This document shows, piece after piece, positions 13,065-27,424 of a DNA stretch of 64,000 bases (the first letter of the stretch is position 1; every line of letters begins with the position of its first letter). The notes beneath the pieces were generated by a model. It saw nothing but the letters and a program-made list of their open reading frames with translations, searched no databases and was not told the DNA's origin. The translations under genes and the position numbers were made by a program. Source of the DNA: Eledone cirrhosa (Eukaryota); the NCBI GenBank assembly GCA_964016885.1, contig OZ024741.1, forward strand, positions 261,516,001-261,580,000, read 5' to 3'.

Positions 13065-16000
13065 TTTCGCTTTACGAGTGTTTCGACTTACGAGTGTTTC
13101 GACTTATGAGTGTTTCGGCTTACGAGTGTTTTGACTTTCGAGTGTTTTGACTTACATGTGTTTCGACTTACGCGTGTTTCGACTTACGAGTGTTTCGACT
13201 TGCGAGTGTTTCGACTACGGGTGTTTCGACTTACGAATGTTTTGACTTACGGATGTTTTGACTTACGGGTGTTTCGGCTTACGAGTGTTTCGACTTACGA
13301 GTGTTCTGACTTACGAGTGTTCTGACTTACGAGTGTTCTGACTTACGAGTGTTCCGACTTACGAGTGTTTCGACTTAAGAGTGTTTCGGATTACGAGTGC
13401 TTCGACTTACGAGTGTTTCGGCTAACGAGTGTTTCGACTTACGAGTATTCTGACTACGAGTGTTCTGACTTACGGGTGTTCTGACTTACGAGTGTTCCGA
13501 CTTACGAGTGTTTCGGCTTTCGAGTGTTTCGACTTACGAGTGTTTCGGGTTACGAGTGTTTCGACTCACGAATGTTTTCGCTTACGAGTGTTTCCGCTTA
13601 CGAGTGTTTCGACTTACGAGTGTTTCGACTTACGAGTGTTTTTACTTACGGTTTTTCGGCTTGCGAGTGTTTCGACATACGAGTGTTTTGACTTACGGAT
13701 GTTTCAACTTACGGGTGTTTCGACTTACGAGTGTTTCGACTTACGAGTGTTCTGACTACGAGTGTTCTGACTTACGGGTGCTCTGACTTACGAGTGTTTC
13801 GACTTACGAGTGTTTCGACTTACGAGTGTTCCGACTTACGAGTGTTTCGGCTTACGGGTGTTTCGACGTACGAGTATTTTTGGCTTACGAGTGTTTCGAC
13901 TTACGAGTGTTTTGAATTACGATTGTTTCGGCTTACGAGTGTTTCGACTTACGAGTGTTTTGAATTACGATTGTTTCGGCTTACGAGTGTTTCGACTTAC
14001 GAGTATTTCGACTTACGAGTGTTTTGACTTACGGGTGTTTTGACATACGAGTGTTTCGATACGAGTGCTCTGACTTACGAGTGTTCTGACTTACGAGTGT
14101 TCTCACTTACGAGTGTTCTGACTTACGGGTGTTCTGACTTACGTGTATTCCGACTTACGAGTGTTTCGGCTATGGATGTTTCGACTTACGAGTGTTTCGA
14201 CTTACGAATGTTTTGGCTTACGAGTGTTTCGGCTTACGAGTGTTTCGACTTACGAATGTTTTGGCTTACGAGTGTTTCGGCTTATTGGTGTTTCGACTTA
14301 CGAGTGTTTCGACTTACGAGTGTTTTGACTCACGGTGTTTCGGCTTACAAGTTATTCGACATACGAGTGTTTCGACTTATGGGTGTTTCGACTTACGAGT
14401 GTTTCGAGTTATGAGTGTTTCGACTTACGAGTGTTCTGACTTACGAGTGTTCTGACTTGCGAGTGTTCCGACTTACGAGTGTTTCGGCTTACGAGTGTTT
14501 CGACATACGAGTGTTTTGACTTACGGATGTTTCGACTTACGGGTGTTTCGACTTACGAGTGTTTCGACATACGAGTGTTCTGACTTACGAGTGTTCTGAC
14601 TTACGGGTGCTCTGACTTACGAGTGTTTCGACTTACAAGTGTTTCGACTTACGAGTGTTTCGACTTACGAGTGTTTCGGCTTACGAGTGTTTCGACTTAC
14701 TAATGTTTTTACTTACGAGTGTTTCGGTGTACGAGTGTTTCGACTTAAGGATGTTTCGTCTTACGAGTGTTTCGACTTACGAGTGTTTCGGCTTACGTGA
14801 GTTTCGACTTAAGAGTGTTCTGATTTACGAGTGTTCTGACTTGCGGGTGTTCTGATTTACGAGTGTTCCGACTTACGAGTGTTTCGGCTTATGAGTGTTT
14901 CGACTTACGAGTGTTTCGGCTTACGAGTGTTTCGACTTATGGGCGTTTCGACTTACGAGTGTTTTTACTTACGGTGTTTCGGCTTACGAGTGCATCGACA
15001 TACGAGTGTTTTGACTTACGTGTGTTTCGACTTACGAGTGTTTTGACTTACGAATGTTTTGACTTACGAGTGTTTCGGCGTACGAGAGTTTTGACTTACG
15101 AGTGTTTCTACTTACGAGTGTTTCGACTTACGAGTGTTTTGACTTACGAATGTTTTGACTTACGGGTGTTTCGGCTTACGAGTGTTTCGACTTACGAGTC
15201 TTTCGGCTTACGAGTGTTTCGACTTACTAATGTTTTTACTTACGAATGTTTCGGCGTACGAGTGTTTCGACTTACGAGTGTTTCGGGTTACGAGTGTTTC
15301 GACTTACTAATGTTTTTACTTACGAGTGTTTCGGCGTACGAGTGTTTCGAATTTCGAGTGTTTTTACTTAAGGGTGTTTCGACTTACGAGTATTTTTGGC
15401 TTACGAGTGTTTCGACTTACGAGTGTTTTGACTTACGAGTGTTCTGATTTACGGTTGTTTCGACATACGAGTGTTTTGACTTACGATGTTTCGACTTACG
15501 AGTGTTTCGACTTACGAGTGTTTCGACTTACGGGTGTTTCGACTTACGAGTGTTTCAACTTACGAGTGTTTCGACTTACGAATGTTTCGACTTACGGGTG
15601 TTTCGGCTTACGAGTGTTTCGACTTACGAGTGTTCTGACTTACGAGTGTTCTGACTTACGAGTTTTCCGGCTTACGAGTTTTTCGACTTACGAGTGTTTC
15701 GACTTACGAGTGTTTCGGCTTACGAGTGGTTTGACTTACGAGTGTTCTGACTACGAGTGTTCTGACTTACGAGTGTTTCGGCTTATGAGTGTTTCGACTT
15801 ACGAGTGTTTCGGTTTATGAGTGTTTCGACTTACGAGTGTTTCGGCTTACGAGTGTTTCGACTTACGAGTGTTTCGACTTACGGGTGTTTCGACTTACGA
15901 GTGTTTCGTCTACGAGTGTTTCGACTTACGAGTGTTTCGGCTTACGAGTGTTTCGACATACGGGTGTTTGGACTTACGGTGTTTCGGCTTACGAGTGTTT

Positions 16001-16423
16001 CGACTTACGAGTGTTCTGACTTACGAGTGTTCTGACTTATGAGTGTTCTGACTTACGAGTGTTCCGACTTACGAGTGTTTCGGCTTACGAGTGTTTCGGC
16101 TTACGAGTGTTTCGACTTACGAGTGTTTCGACTTACGAGTGTTTCGACTTATGAGTGTTTTGACTTACGGTGTTTCGGCTTACGAGTGTTTCGACTTACG
16201 AGTGTTTTGACTTACTGGTGTTTTGACATACGAGTGTTTCGATACGAGTGTTTCGACTTACGAGTGTTCTGACTTACGAGTGTTCTGACTTACGAGTGTT
16301 CTGACTTACGAGTGTTCTAACTTACGAGTGTTCTGACTTACGAGTGTTCTGACTTACGAGTGTTCCGACTTACGAGAGTTTCGGCTCACGAGTGTTTCGG
16401 CTTACGAGTGTTTCGACTTACGA

Positions 16424-16492
16424 AAATAACAAATAGACGCGGTTTCAAATCTCTATGCTTTTCAAATTCAGTACATTAATCTTTATTTATAC
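16424..16492. repeat. 69-bp AT-rich insert, allele B
   Basis: Same sequence as the 6204 copy. Confidence 0.95.
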
Positions 16493-19400
16493 TTTCGCTT
16501 TACGAGTGTTTCGACTTACGAGTGTTTCGACTTATGAGTGTTTCGGCTTACGAGTGTTTTGACTTTCGAGTGTTTTGACTTACATGTGTTTCGACTTACG
16601 CGTGTTTCGACTTACGAGTGTTTCGACTTGCGAGTGTTTCGACTACGGGTGTTTCGACTTACGAATGTTTTGACTTACGGATGTTTTGACTTACGGGTGT
16701 TTCGGCTTACGAGTGTTTCGACTTACGAGTGTTCTGACTTACGAGTGTTCTGACTTACGAGTGTTCTGACTTACGAGTGTTCCGACTTACGAGTGTTCCG
16801 ACTTACGAGTGTTCCGACTTACGAGTGTTTCGGCTTACGAGTGTTTCGGCTTACGAGTGTTTCGACTTACGAGTGTTCCGACTTACGGGTGTTTCGACTT
16901 ACGAGTGTTTTGGCTTACGGTGTTTCGGCTTACGAGTGTTTCGACTTACGATTGTTTTGACTTACGGGTGTTTTGACATACGAGTGTTTCGATACGAGTG
17001 CTCTGACTTACGAGTGTTCTGACTTACGAGTGTTCTGACTTACGAGTGTTCTGACTTACGGGTGTTCTGACTTACGAGTGTACCGACTTACGAGTGTTTC
17101 GGCTAATGAGTGTTTCGACTTACGGGCGTTTCGACTTACGGGTGTTTCGACTTACGAGTGTTTTGACTTACGAGTGTTCTGACTTACGAGTGTTCCGACT
17201 TACGACTGTTTCGACTTACGAGTGTTCCGACTTACGAGTGTTTCGGCTTACGGGTGTTTCGACGTACGAGTATTTTTGGCTTACGAGTGTTTCGACTTAC
17301 GAGTGTTTTGAATTACGATTGTTTCGGCTTACGAGTGTTTCGACTTACGAGTGTTTTGAATTACGATTGTTTCGGCTTACGAGTGTTTCGACTTACGAGT
17401 ATTTCGACTTACGAGTGTTTTGACTTACGGGTGTTTTGACATACGAGTGTTTCGATACGAGTGCTCTGACTTACGAGTGTTCTGACTTACGAGTGTTCTC
17501 ACTTACGAGTGTTCTGACTTACGGGTGTTCTGACTTACGTGTATTCCGACTTACGAGTGTTTCGGCTATGGATGTTTCGACTTACGAGTGTTTCGACTTA
17601 CGAATGTTTTGGCTTACGAGTGTTTCGGCTTACGAGTGTTTCGACTTACGAATGTTTTGGCTTACGAGTGTTTCGGCTTATTGGTGTTTCGACTTACGAG
17701 TGTTTCGACTTACGAGTGTTTTGACTCACGGTGTTTCGGCTTACAAGTTATTCGACATACGAGTGTTTCGACTTATGGGTGTTTCGACTTACGAGTGTTT
17801 CGAGTTATGAGTGTTTCGACTTACGAGTGTTCTGACTTACGAGTGTTCTGACTTGCGAGTGTTCCGACTTACGAGTGTTTCGGCTTACGAGTGTTTCGAC
17901 ATACGAGTGTTTTGACTTACGGATGTTTCGACTTACGGGTGTTTCGACTTATGAGTGTTTCGACATACGAGTGTTCTGACTTACGAGTGTTCTGACTTAC
18001 GGGTGCTCTGACTTACGAGTGTTTCGACTTACGAGTGTTTCGACTTACGAGTGTTTCGACTTACGGGTGTTTCGGCTTACGAATGTTTCGACTTACTAAT
18101 GTTTTTACTTACGAGTGTTTCGGTGTACGAGTGTTTCGACTTAAGGATGTTTCGTCTTACGAGTGTTTCGACTTACGAGTGTTTCGGCTTACGTGAGTTT
18201 CGACTTAAGAGTGTTCTGATTTACGAGTGTTCTGACTTGCGGGTGTTCTGATTTACGAGTGTTCCGACTTACGAGTGTTTCGGCTTATGAGTGTTTCGAC
18301 TTACGAGTGTTTCGGCTTACGAGTGTTTCGACTTATGGGCGTTTCGACTTACGAGTGTTTTTACTTACGGTGTTTCGGCTTACGAGTGCATCGACATACG
18401 AGTGTTTTGACTTACGTGTGTTTCGACTTACGAGTGTTTTGACTTACGAATGTTTTGACTTACGAGTGTTTCGGCGTACGAGAGTTTTGACTTACGAGTG
18501 TTTCTACTTACGAGTGTTTCGACTTACGAGTGTTTTGACTTACGAATGTTTTGACTTACGGGTGTTTCGGCTTACGAGTGTTTCGACTTACGAGTCTTTC
18601 GGCTTACGAGTGTTTCGACTTACTAATGTTTTTACTTACGATTGTTTCGGCGTACGAGTGTTTCGACTTACGAGTGTTTCGGGTTACGAGTGTTTCGACT
18701 TACTAATGTTTTTACTTACGAGTGTTTCGGCGTACGAGTGTTTCGAATTACGAGTGTTTTTACTTAAGGGTGTTTCGACTTACGAGTATTTTTGGCTTAC
18801 GAGTGTTTCGACTTACGAGTGTTTTGACTTACGAGTGTTATGATTTACGGATGTTTCGACATACGAGTGTTTTGACTTACGATGTTTCGACTTACGAGTG
18901 TTTCGACTTACGAGTGTTTCGACTTACGGGTGTTTCGACTTACGAGTGTTTCAACTTACGAGTGTTTCGACTTACGAATGTTTCGACTTACGGGTGTTTC
19001 GGCTTACGAGTGTTTCGACTTACGAGTGTTCTGACTTACTAGTGTTCTGACTTACGAGTTTTCCGGCTTACGAGTTTTTCGACTTACGAGTGTTTCGACT
19101 TACGAGTGTTTCGGCTTACGAGTGGTTTGACTTACGAGTGTTCTGACTACGAGTGTTCTGACTTACGAGTGTTTCGGCTTATGAGTGTTTCGACTTACGA
19201 GTGTTTCGGTTTATGAGTGTTTCGACTTACGAGTGTTTCGGCTTACGAGTGTTTCGACTTACGAGTGTTTCGACTTACGGGTGTTTCGACTTACGAGTGT
19301 TTCGTCTACGAGTGTTTCGACTTACGAGTGTTTCGGCTTACGAGTGTTTCGACATACGGGTGTTTGGACTTACGGTGTTTCGGCTTACGAGTGTTTCGAC

Positions 19401-19819
19401 TTACGAGTGTTCTGACTTACGAGTGTTCTGACTTATGAGTGTTCTGACTTACGAGTGTTCCGACTTACGAGTGTTTCGGCTTACGAGTGTTTCGGCTTAC
19501 GAGTGTTTCGACTTACGAGTGTTTCGACTTACGAGTGTTTCGACTTATGAGTGTTTTGACTTACGGTGTTTCGGCTTACGAGTGTTTCGACTTACGAGTG
19601 TTTTGACTTACTGGTGTTTTGACATACGAGTGTTTCGATACGAGTGTTTCGACTTACGAGTGTTCTGACTTACGAGTGTTCTGACTTACGAGTGTTCTGA
19701 CTTACGAGTGTTCTAACTTACGAGTGTTCTGACTTACGAGTGTTCTAACTTACGAGTGTTCCGACTTACGAGTGTTTCGGCTCACGAGTGTTTCGGCTTA
19801 CGAGTGTTTCGACTTACGA

Positions 19820-19888
19820 AAATAACAAATAGACGCGGTTTCAAATCTCTATGCTTTTCAAATTCAGTACATTAATCTTTATTTATAC
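19820..19888. repeat. 69-bp AT-rich insert, allele B
   Basis: Same sequence as the 6204 copy. Confidence 0.95.
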
Positions 19889-22800
19889 TTTCGCTTTACG
19901 AGTGTTTCGACTTACGAGTGTTTCGACTTATGAGTGTTTCGGCTTACGAGTGTTTTGACTTTCGAGTGTTTTGACTTACATGTGTTTCGACTTACGCGTG
20001 TTTCGACTTACGAGTGTTTCGACTTGCGAGTGTTTCGACTACGGGTGTTTCGACTTACGAATGTTTTGACTTACGGATGTTTTGACTTACGGGTGTTTCG
20101 GCTTACGAGTGTTTCGACTTACGAGTGTTCTGACTTACGAGTGTTCTGACTTACGAGTGTTCTGACTTACGAGTGTTCCGACTTACGAGTGTTTCGACTT
20201 AAGAGTGTTTCGGATTACGAGTGCTTCGACTTACGAGTGTTTCGGCTAACGAGTGTTTCGACTTACGAGTATTCTGACTACGAGTGTTCTGACTTACGGG
20301 TGTTCTGACTTACGAGTGTTCCGACTTACGAGTGTTTCGGCTTTCGAGTGTTTCGACTTACGAGTGTTTCGGGTTACGAGTGTTTCGACTCACGAATGTT
20401 TTCGCTTACGAGTGTTTCCGCTTACGAGTGTTTCGACTTACGAGTGTTTCGACTTACGAGTGTTTTTACTTACGGTTTTTCGGCTTGCGAGTGTTTCGAC
20501 ATACGAGTGTTTTGACTTACGGATGTTTCAACTTACGGGTGTTTCGACTTACGAGTGTTTCGACTTACGAGTGTTCTGACTACGAGTGTTCTGACTTACG
20601 GGTGCTCTGACTTACGAGTGTTTCGACTTACGAGTGTTTCGACTTACGAGTGTTTCGACTTACGAGTGTTTCGGCTTACGAGTGTTTCGACTTACGAGTA
20701 TTCTGACTTACGAGTGTTCCGACTTACGGGTGTTTCGACTTACGAGTGTTTCGACTTACGAGTGTTCCGACCTATGAGGGTTTCGGCTTACTGGTGTTCC
20801 GACTTACGAGTATTTTCAGCTGACGAGTGTTTCGAGTTACGAGTGTTTTGACTTACGATTGTTTCGGCTTACGAGTGTTTCGGCTTACGAGTGTTTTGAT
20901 TTACGAGTGTTTTGACTTACGGGTGTTTCGACTTACGCGTGTTTCGACTTACGAGTGTTTCGACTTACGAGTGTTTCGGCTTATGAGTGTTTCGAATTAC
21001 GAGTGTTTTGACTTACGGGTGTTTTGACATACGAGTGTTTCGGTACGAGTGTTCTGACTTACGAGTGTTCTGACTTACGAGTGTTCTGACTAACGGGTGT
21101 TCTGACTTACGAGTGTTCCGACTTACGAGTGTTTCGGCTATGAGTGTTTTGACTTACGGGTGTTTCGACTTACGGGTGTTTCGACTTACGAGTGTTTCGA
21201 CTTACGTGTGTTTCCGCTTACGCGTGTTTCGGCTTACGAGTGTTTCGAATTACGCGTGTTTTGGCTTACGAATGTTTTGACTTACGGGTGTTTCGGTGTA
21301 CGAGTGTTTCGACTTAAGGATGTTTCGACTTACGAGTGTTTCGACTTACGAGTGTTTCGACTTACGAGTGTTTCGACTTACGGGTGTTTCGACTTACGGG
21401 TGTTTCGGCTTATGAGTGTTTCGACTTACGAGTGTTTTGACTTACGAGTGTTCTGACTTGCGAGTGTTCTGACTTACGAGTGTTCCGACTTACGAGTGTT
21501 CCGACTTACGAGTGTTTCGGCTTACGAGTGTTTCGGCTTACGAGTGTTTCGGCTTACGAGTGTTTTGACTTACGAGTGTTCTGACTACGAGTGTTCTGAC
21601 TTACGGGTGTTCTGACTTACGAGTGTTCCGACTTACGAGTGTTTCGGCTAATGAGTGTTTCGACTTACGGGCGTTTCGACTTACGGGTGTTTCGACTTAC
21701 GAGTGTTTTGACTTACGAGTGTTCTGACTTACGAGTGTTCTGACTTACGAGAGTTCCGACTTACGACTGTTTCGACTTACGAGTGTTTTGACTTACGAGT
21801 GTTCCGACTTACGAGTGTTTCGGCTTACGGGTGTTTCGACGTACGAGTATTTTTGGCTTACGAGTGTTTCTACTTACGAGTGTTTTGAATTATGATTGTT
21901 TCGGCTTACGAGTGTTTCGACTTACGAGTATTTCGACTTACGAGTTTTTTTACTTACGGTGTTTCGGCTTACGAGTGTTTCGACTTATGAGTGTTCTGAT
22001 TTACGGATGTTTCGACATACGAGTGTTTTGACTTACGGTGTTTCGACTTACGAGTGTTTCGAATTACGAGTGTTTCGACTTACGGGTGTTTCGACTTACG
22101 AGTGTTTCGACTTACGAGTGTTTCGACTTACGGGTGTTTCGACTTACGAGTGTTCTGACTTACGAGTGTTCCGGCTTACGAGTTTTTCGACTTACGAGTG
22201 TTTCGACTTACGAGTGTTTCGGCTTACAAGTGTTTCGGCTTACGAGTGGTTTGACTTACGAGTGTTCTGACTACGAGTGTTCTGTCTTACGAGTGTTTCG
22301 ACTTACGAGTGTTCTGATTTACGGATGTTTCGACATACGAGTGTTTTGACTTACGATGTTTCGACTTACGAGTGTTTCGACTTACGAGTGTTTCGATTTA
22401 CGGGTGTTTCGACTTACGAGTGTTTCAACTTACGAGTGTTTCGACTTACGAATGTTTCGACTTACGGGTGTTTCGGCTTACGAGTGTTTCGACTTACGAG
22501 TGTTCTGACTTACGAGTGTTCTGACTTACGAGTTTTCCGGCTTACGAGTTTTTCGACTTACGAGTGTTTCGACTTACGAGTGTTTCGGCTTACGAGTGGT
22601 TTGACTTACGAGTGTTCTGACTACGAGTGTTCTGACTTACGAGTGTTTCGGCTTATGAGTGTTTCGACTTACGAGTGTTTCGGTTTATGAGTGTTTCGAC
22701 TTACGAGTGTTTCGGCTTACGAGTGTTTCGACTTACGAGTGTTTCGACTTACGGGTGTTTCGACTTACGAGTGTTTCGTCTACGAGTGTTTCGACTTACG

Positions 22801-23293
22801 AGTGTTTCGGCTTACGAGTGTTTCGACATACGGGTGTTTGGACTTACGGTGTTTCGGCTTACGAGTGTTTCGACTTACGAGTGTTCTGACTTACGAGTGT
22901 TCTGACTTATGAGTGTTCTGACTTACGAGTGTTCCGACTTACGAGTGTTTCGGCTTACGAGTGTTTCGGCTTACGAGTGTTTCGACTTACGAGTGTTTCG
23001 ACTTACGAGTGTTTCGACTTATGAGTGTTTTGACTTACGGTGTTTCGGCTTACGAGTGTTTCGACTTACGAGTGTTTTGACTTACTGGTGTTTTGACATA
23101 CGAGTGTTTCGATACGAGTGTTTCGACTTACGAGTGTTCTGACTTACGAGTGTTCTGACTTACGAGTGTTCTGACTTACGAGTGTTCTAACTTACGAGTG
23201 TTCTGACTTACGAGTGTTCTGACTTATGAGTGTTCCGACTTACGAGTGTTTCGGCTCACGAGTGTTTCGGCTTACGAGTGTTTCGACTTACGA

Positions 23294-23362
23294 AAATAAC
23301 AAATAGACGCGGTTTCAAATCTCTATGCTTTTCAAATTCAGTACATTAATCTTTATTTATAC
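23294..23362. repeat. 69-bp AT-rich insert, allele B
   Basis: Same sequence as the 6204 copy. Confidence 0.95.
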
Positions 23363-26115
23363 TTTCGCTTTACGAGTGTTTCGACTTACGAGTGTTTCGA
23401 CTTACGAGTGTTTCGGCTTACGAGTGTTTTGACTTTCGAGTGTTTTGACTTACATGTGTTTCGACTTACGCGTGTTTCGACTTACGAGTGTTTCGACTTG
23501 CGAGTGTTTCGACTACGGGTGTTTCGACTTACGAATGTTTTGACTTACGGATGTTTTGACTTACGGGTGTTTCGGCTTACGAGTGTTTCGACTTACGAGT
23601 GTTCTGACTTACGAGTGTTCTGACTTACGAGTGTTCTGACTTACGAGTGTTCCGACTTACGAGTGTTTCGACTTAAGAGTGTTTCGGATTACGAGTGCTT
23701 CGACTTACGAGTGTTTCGGCTAACGAGTGTTTCGACTTACGAGTATTCTGACTACGAGTGTTCTGACTTACGGGTGTTCTGACTTACGAGTGTTCCGACT
23801 TACGAGTGTTTCGGCTTTCGAGTGTTTCGACTTACGAGTGTTTCGGGTTACGAGTGTTTCGACTCACGAATGTTTTCGCTTACGAGTGTTTCCGCTTACG
23901 AGTGTTTCGACTTACGAGTGTTTCGACTTACGAGTGTTTTTACTTACGGTTTTTCGGCTTGCGAGTGTTTCGACATACGAGTGTTTTGACTTACGAATGT
24001 TTCAACTTACGGGTGTTTCGACTTACGAGTGTTTCGACTTACGAGTGTTCTGACTTACGGGTGCTCTGACTTACGAGTGTTTCGACTTACGAGTGTTTCG
24101 ACTTACGAGTGTTTCGACTTACGAGTGTTTCGGCTTACGAGTGTTTCGACTTACGAGTATTCTGACTTACGAGTGTTCCGACTTACGGGTGTTTCGACTT
24201 ACGAGTGTTTCGACTTACGAGTGTTCCGACCTATGAGGGTTTCGGCTTACTGGTGTTCCGACTTACGAGTATTTTCGGCTGACGAGTGTTTCGAGTTACG
24301 AGTGTTTTGACTTACGATTGTTTCGGCTTACGAGTGTTTCGGCTTACGAGTGTTTTGATTTACGAGTGTTTTGACTTACGGGTGTTTCGACTTACGCGTG
24401 TTTCGACTTACGAGTGTTTCGACTTACGAGTGTTTCGGCTTATGAGTGTTTCGAATTACGAGTGTTTTGACTTACGGGTGTTTTGACATACGAGTGTTTC
24501 GGTACGAGTGTTCTGACTTACGAGTGTTCTGACTTACGAGTGTTCTGACTAACGGGTGTTCTGACTTACGAGTGTTCCGACTTACGAGTGTTTCGGCTAT
24601 GAGTGTTTTGACTTACGGGTGTTTCGACTTACGGGTGTTTCGACTTACGAGTGTTTCGACTTACGTGTGTTTCCGCTTACGCGTGTTTCGGCTTACGAGT
24701 GTTTCGAATTACGCGTGTTTTGGCTTACGAATGTTTTGACTTACGGGTGTTTCGGTGTACGAGTGTTTCGACTTAAGGATGTTTCGACTTACGAGTGTTT
24801 CGACTTACGAGTGTTTCGACTTACGAGTGTTTCGACTTACGGGTGTTTCGACTTACGGGTGTTTCGGCTTATGAGTGTTTCGACTTACGAGTGTTTTGAC
24901 TTACGAGTGTTCTGACTTGCGAGTGTTCTGACTTACGAGTGTTCCGACTTACGAGTGTTCCGACTTACGAGTGTTTCGGCTTACGAGTGTTTCGGCTTAC
25001 GAGTGTTTCGGCTTACGAGTGTTTTGACTTAGGAGTGTTCTGACTACGAGTGTTCTGACTTACGGGTGTTCTGACTTACGAGTGTTCCGACTTACGAGTG
25101 TTTCGGCTAATGAGTGTTTCGACTTACGGGCGTTTCGACTTACGGGTGTTTCGACTTACGAGTGTTTTGACTTACGAGTGTTCTGACTTACGAGTGTTCT
25201 GACTTACGAGAGTTCCGACTTACGACTGTTTCGACTTACGAGTGTTTTGACTTACGAGTGTTCCGACTTACGAGTGTTTCGGCTTACGGGTGTTTCGACG
25301 TACGAGTATTTTTGGCTTACGAGTGTTTCTACTTACGAGTGTTTTGAATTATGATTGTTTCGGCTTACGAGTGTTTCGACTTACGAGTATTTCGACTTAC
25401 GAGTTTTTTTACTTACGGTGTTTCGGCTTACGAGTGTTTCGACTTATGAGTGTTCTGATTTACGGATGTTTCGACATACGAGTGTTTTGACTTACGGTGT
25501 TTCGACTTACGAGTGTTTCGAATTACGAGTGTTTCGACTTACGGGTGTTTCGACTTACGAGTGTTTCGACTTACGAGTGTTTCGACTTACGGGTGTTTCG
25601 ACTTACGAGTGTTCTGACTTACGAGTGTTCCGGCTTACGAGTTTTTCGACTTACGAGTGTTTCGACTTACGAGTGTTTCGGCTTACAAGTGTTTCGGCTT
25701 ACGAGTGGTTTGACTTACGAGTGTTCTGACTACGAGTGTTCTGTCTTACGAGTGTTTCGACTTACGAGTGTTCTGATTTACGGATGTTTCGACATACGAG
25801 TGTTTTGACTTACGATGTTTCGACTTACGAGTGTTTCGACTTACGAGTGTTTCGACTTACGGGTGTTTCGACTTACGAGTGTTTCAACTTACGAGTGTTT
25901 CGACTTACGAATGTTTCGACTTACGGGTGTTTCGGCTTACGAGTGTTTCGACTTACGAGTGTTCTGACTTACGAGTGTTCTGACTTACGAGTTTTCCGGC
26001 TTACGAGTTTTTCGACTTACGAGTGTTTCGACTTACGAGTGTTTCGGCTTACGAGTGGTTTGACTTACGAGTGTTCTGACTACGAGTGTTCTGACTTACG
26101 AGTGTTTCGGCTTAT

Positions 26116-27321
26116 GAGTGTTTCGACTTACGAGTGTTTCGGTTTATGAGTGTTTCGACTTACGAGTGTTTCGGCTTACGAGTGTTTCGACTTACGAGTG
26201 TTTCGACTTACGGGTGTTTCGACTTACGAGTGTTTCGTCTACGAGTGTTTCGACTTACGAGTGTTTCGGCTTACGAGTGTTTCGACATACGGGTGTTTGG
26301 ACTTACGGTGTTTCGGCTTACGAGTGTTTCGACTTACGAGTGTTCTGACTTACGAGTGTTCTGACTTATGAGTGTTCTGACTTACGAGTGTTCCGACTTA
26401 CGAGTGTTTCGGCTTACGAGTGTTTCGGCTTACGAGTGTTTCGACTTACGAGTGTTTCGACTTACGAGTGTTTCGACTTATGAGTGTTTTGACTTACGGT
26501 GTTTCGGCTTACGAGTGTTTCGACTTACGAGTGTTTTGACTTACTGGTGTTTTGACATACGAGTGTTTCGATACGAGTGTTTCGACTTACGAGTGTTCTG
26601 ACTTACGAGTGTTCTGACTTACGAGTGTTCTGACTTACGAGTGTTCTAACTTACGAGTGTTCTGACTTACGAGTGTTCTGACTTATGAGTGTTCCGACTT
26701 ACGAGTGTTTCGGCTCACGAGTGTTTCGACTTACGAGTGTTTCGGTTTATGAGTGTTTCGACTTACGAGTGTTTCGGCTTACGAGTGTTTCGACTTACGA
26801 GTGTTTCGACTTACGGGTGTTTCGACTTACGAGTGTTTCGTCTACGAGTGTTTCGACTTACGAGTGTTTCGGCTTACGAGTGTTTCGACATACGGGTGTT
26901 TGGACTTACGGTGTTTCGGCTTACGAGTGTTTCGACTTACGAGTGTTCTGACTTACGAGTGTTCTGACTTATGAGTGTTCTGACTTACGAGTGTTCCGAC
27001 TTACGAGTGTTTCGGCTTACGAGTGTTTCGGCTTACGAGTGTTTCGACTTACGAGTGTTTCGACTTACGAGTGTTTCGACTTATGAGTGTTTTGACTTAC
27101 GGTGTTTCGGCTTACGAGTGTTTCGACTTACGAGTGTTTTGACTTACTGGTGTTTTGACATACGAGTGTTTCGATACGAGTGTTTCGACTTACGAGTGTT
27201 CTGACTTACGAGTGTTCTGACTTACGAGTGTTCTGACTTACGAGTGTTCTAACTTACGAGTGTTCTGACTTACGAGTGTTCTGACTTATGAGTGTTCCGA
27301 CTTACGAGTGTTTCGGCTCAC
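26116..27321 (+). repeat. 603-bp tandem duplication inside one HOR unit
   Basis: ORF entries 26150/26753 and 26368/26971 are identical at +603. The junction lies after ggctcac at about 26718. Confidence 0.9.
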
Positions 27322-27355
27322 GAGTGTTTCGGCTTACGAGTGTTTCGACTTACGA

Positions 27356-27424
27356 AAATAACAAATAGACGCGGTTTCAAATCTCTATGCTTTTCAAATT
27401 CAGTACATTAATCTTTATTTATAC
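27356..27424. repeat. 69-bp AT-rich insert, allele B
   Basis: Same sequence as the 6204 copy. Confidence 0.95.

Larger units (their letters stand above)
3830..20200 (+). repeat. Higher-order repeat domain, unit ~3396 bp (~5 copies)
   Basis: Near-identical ORF-track entries recur at 4643/8039/11435 (+3396), 14863 (+3428) and 18259 (+3396). Inserts at 6204, 9600, 12996, 16424 and 19820 show the same spacing. Boundaries are approximate. Confidence 0.92.
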
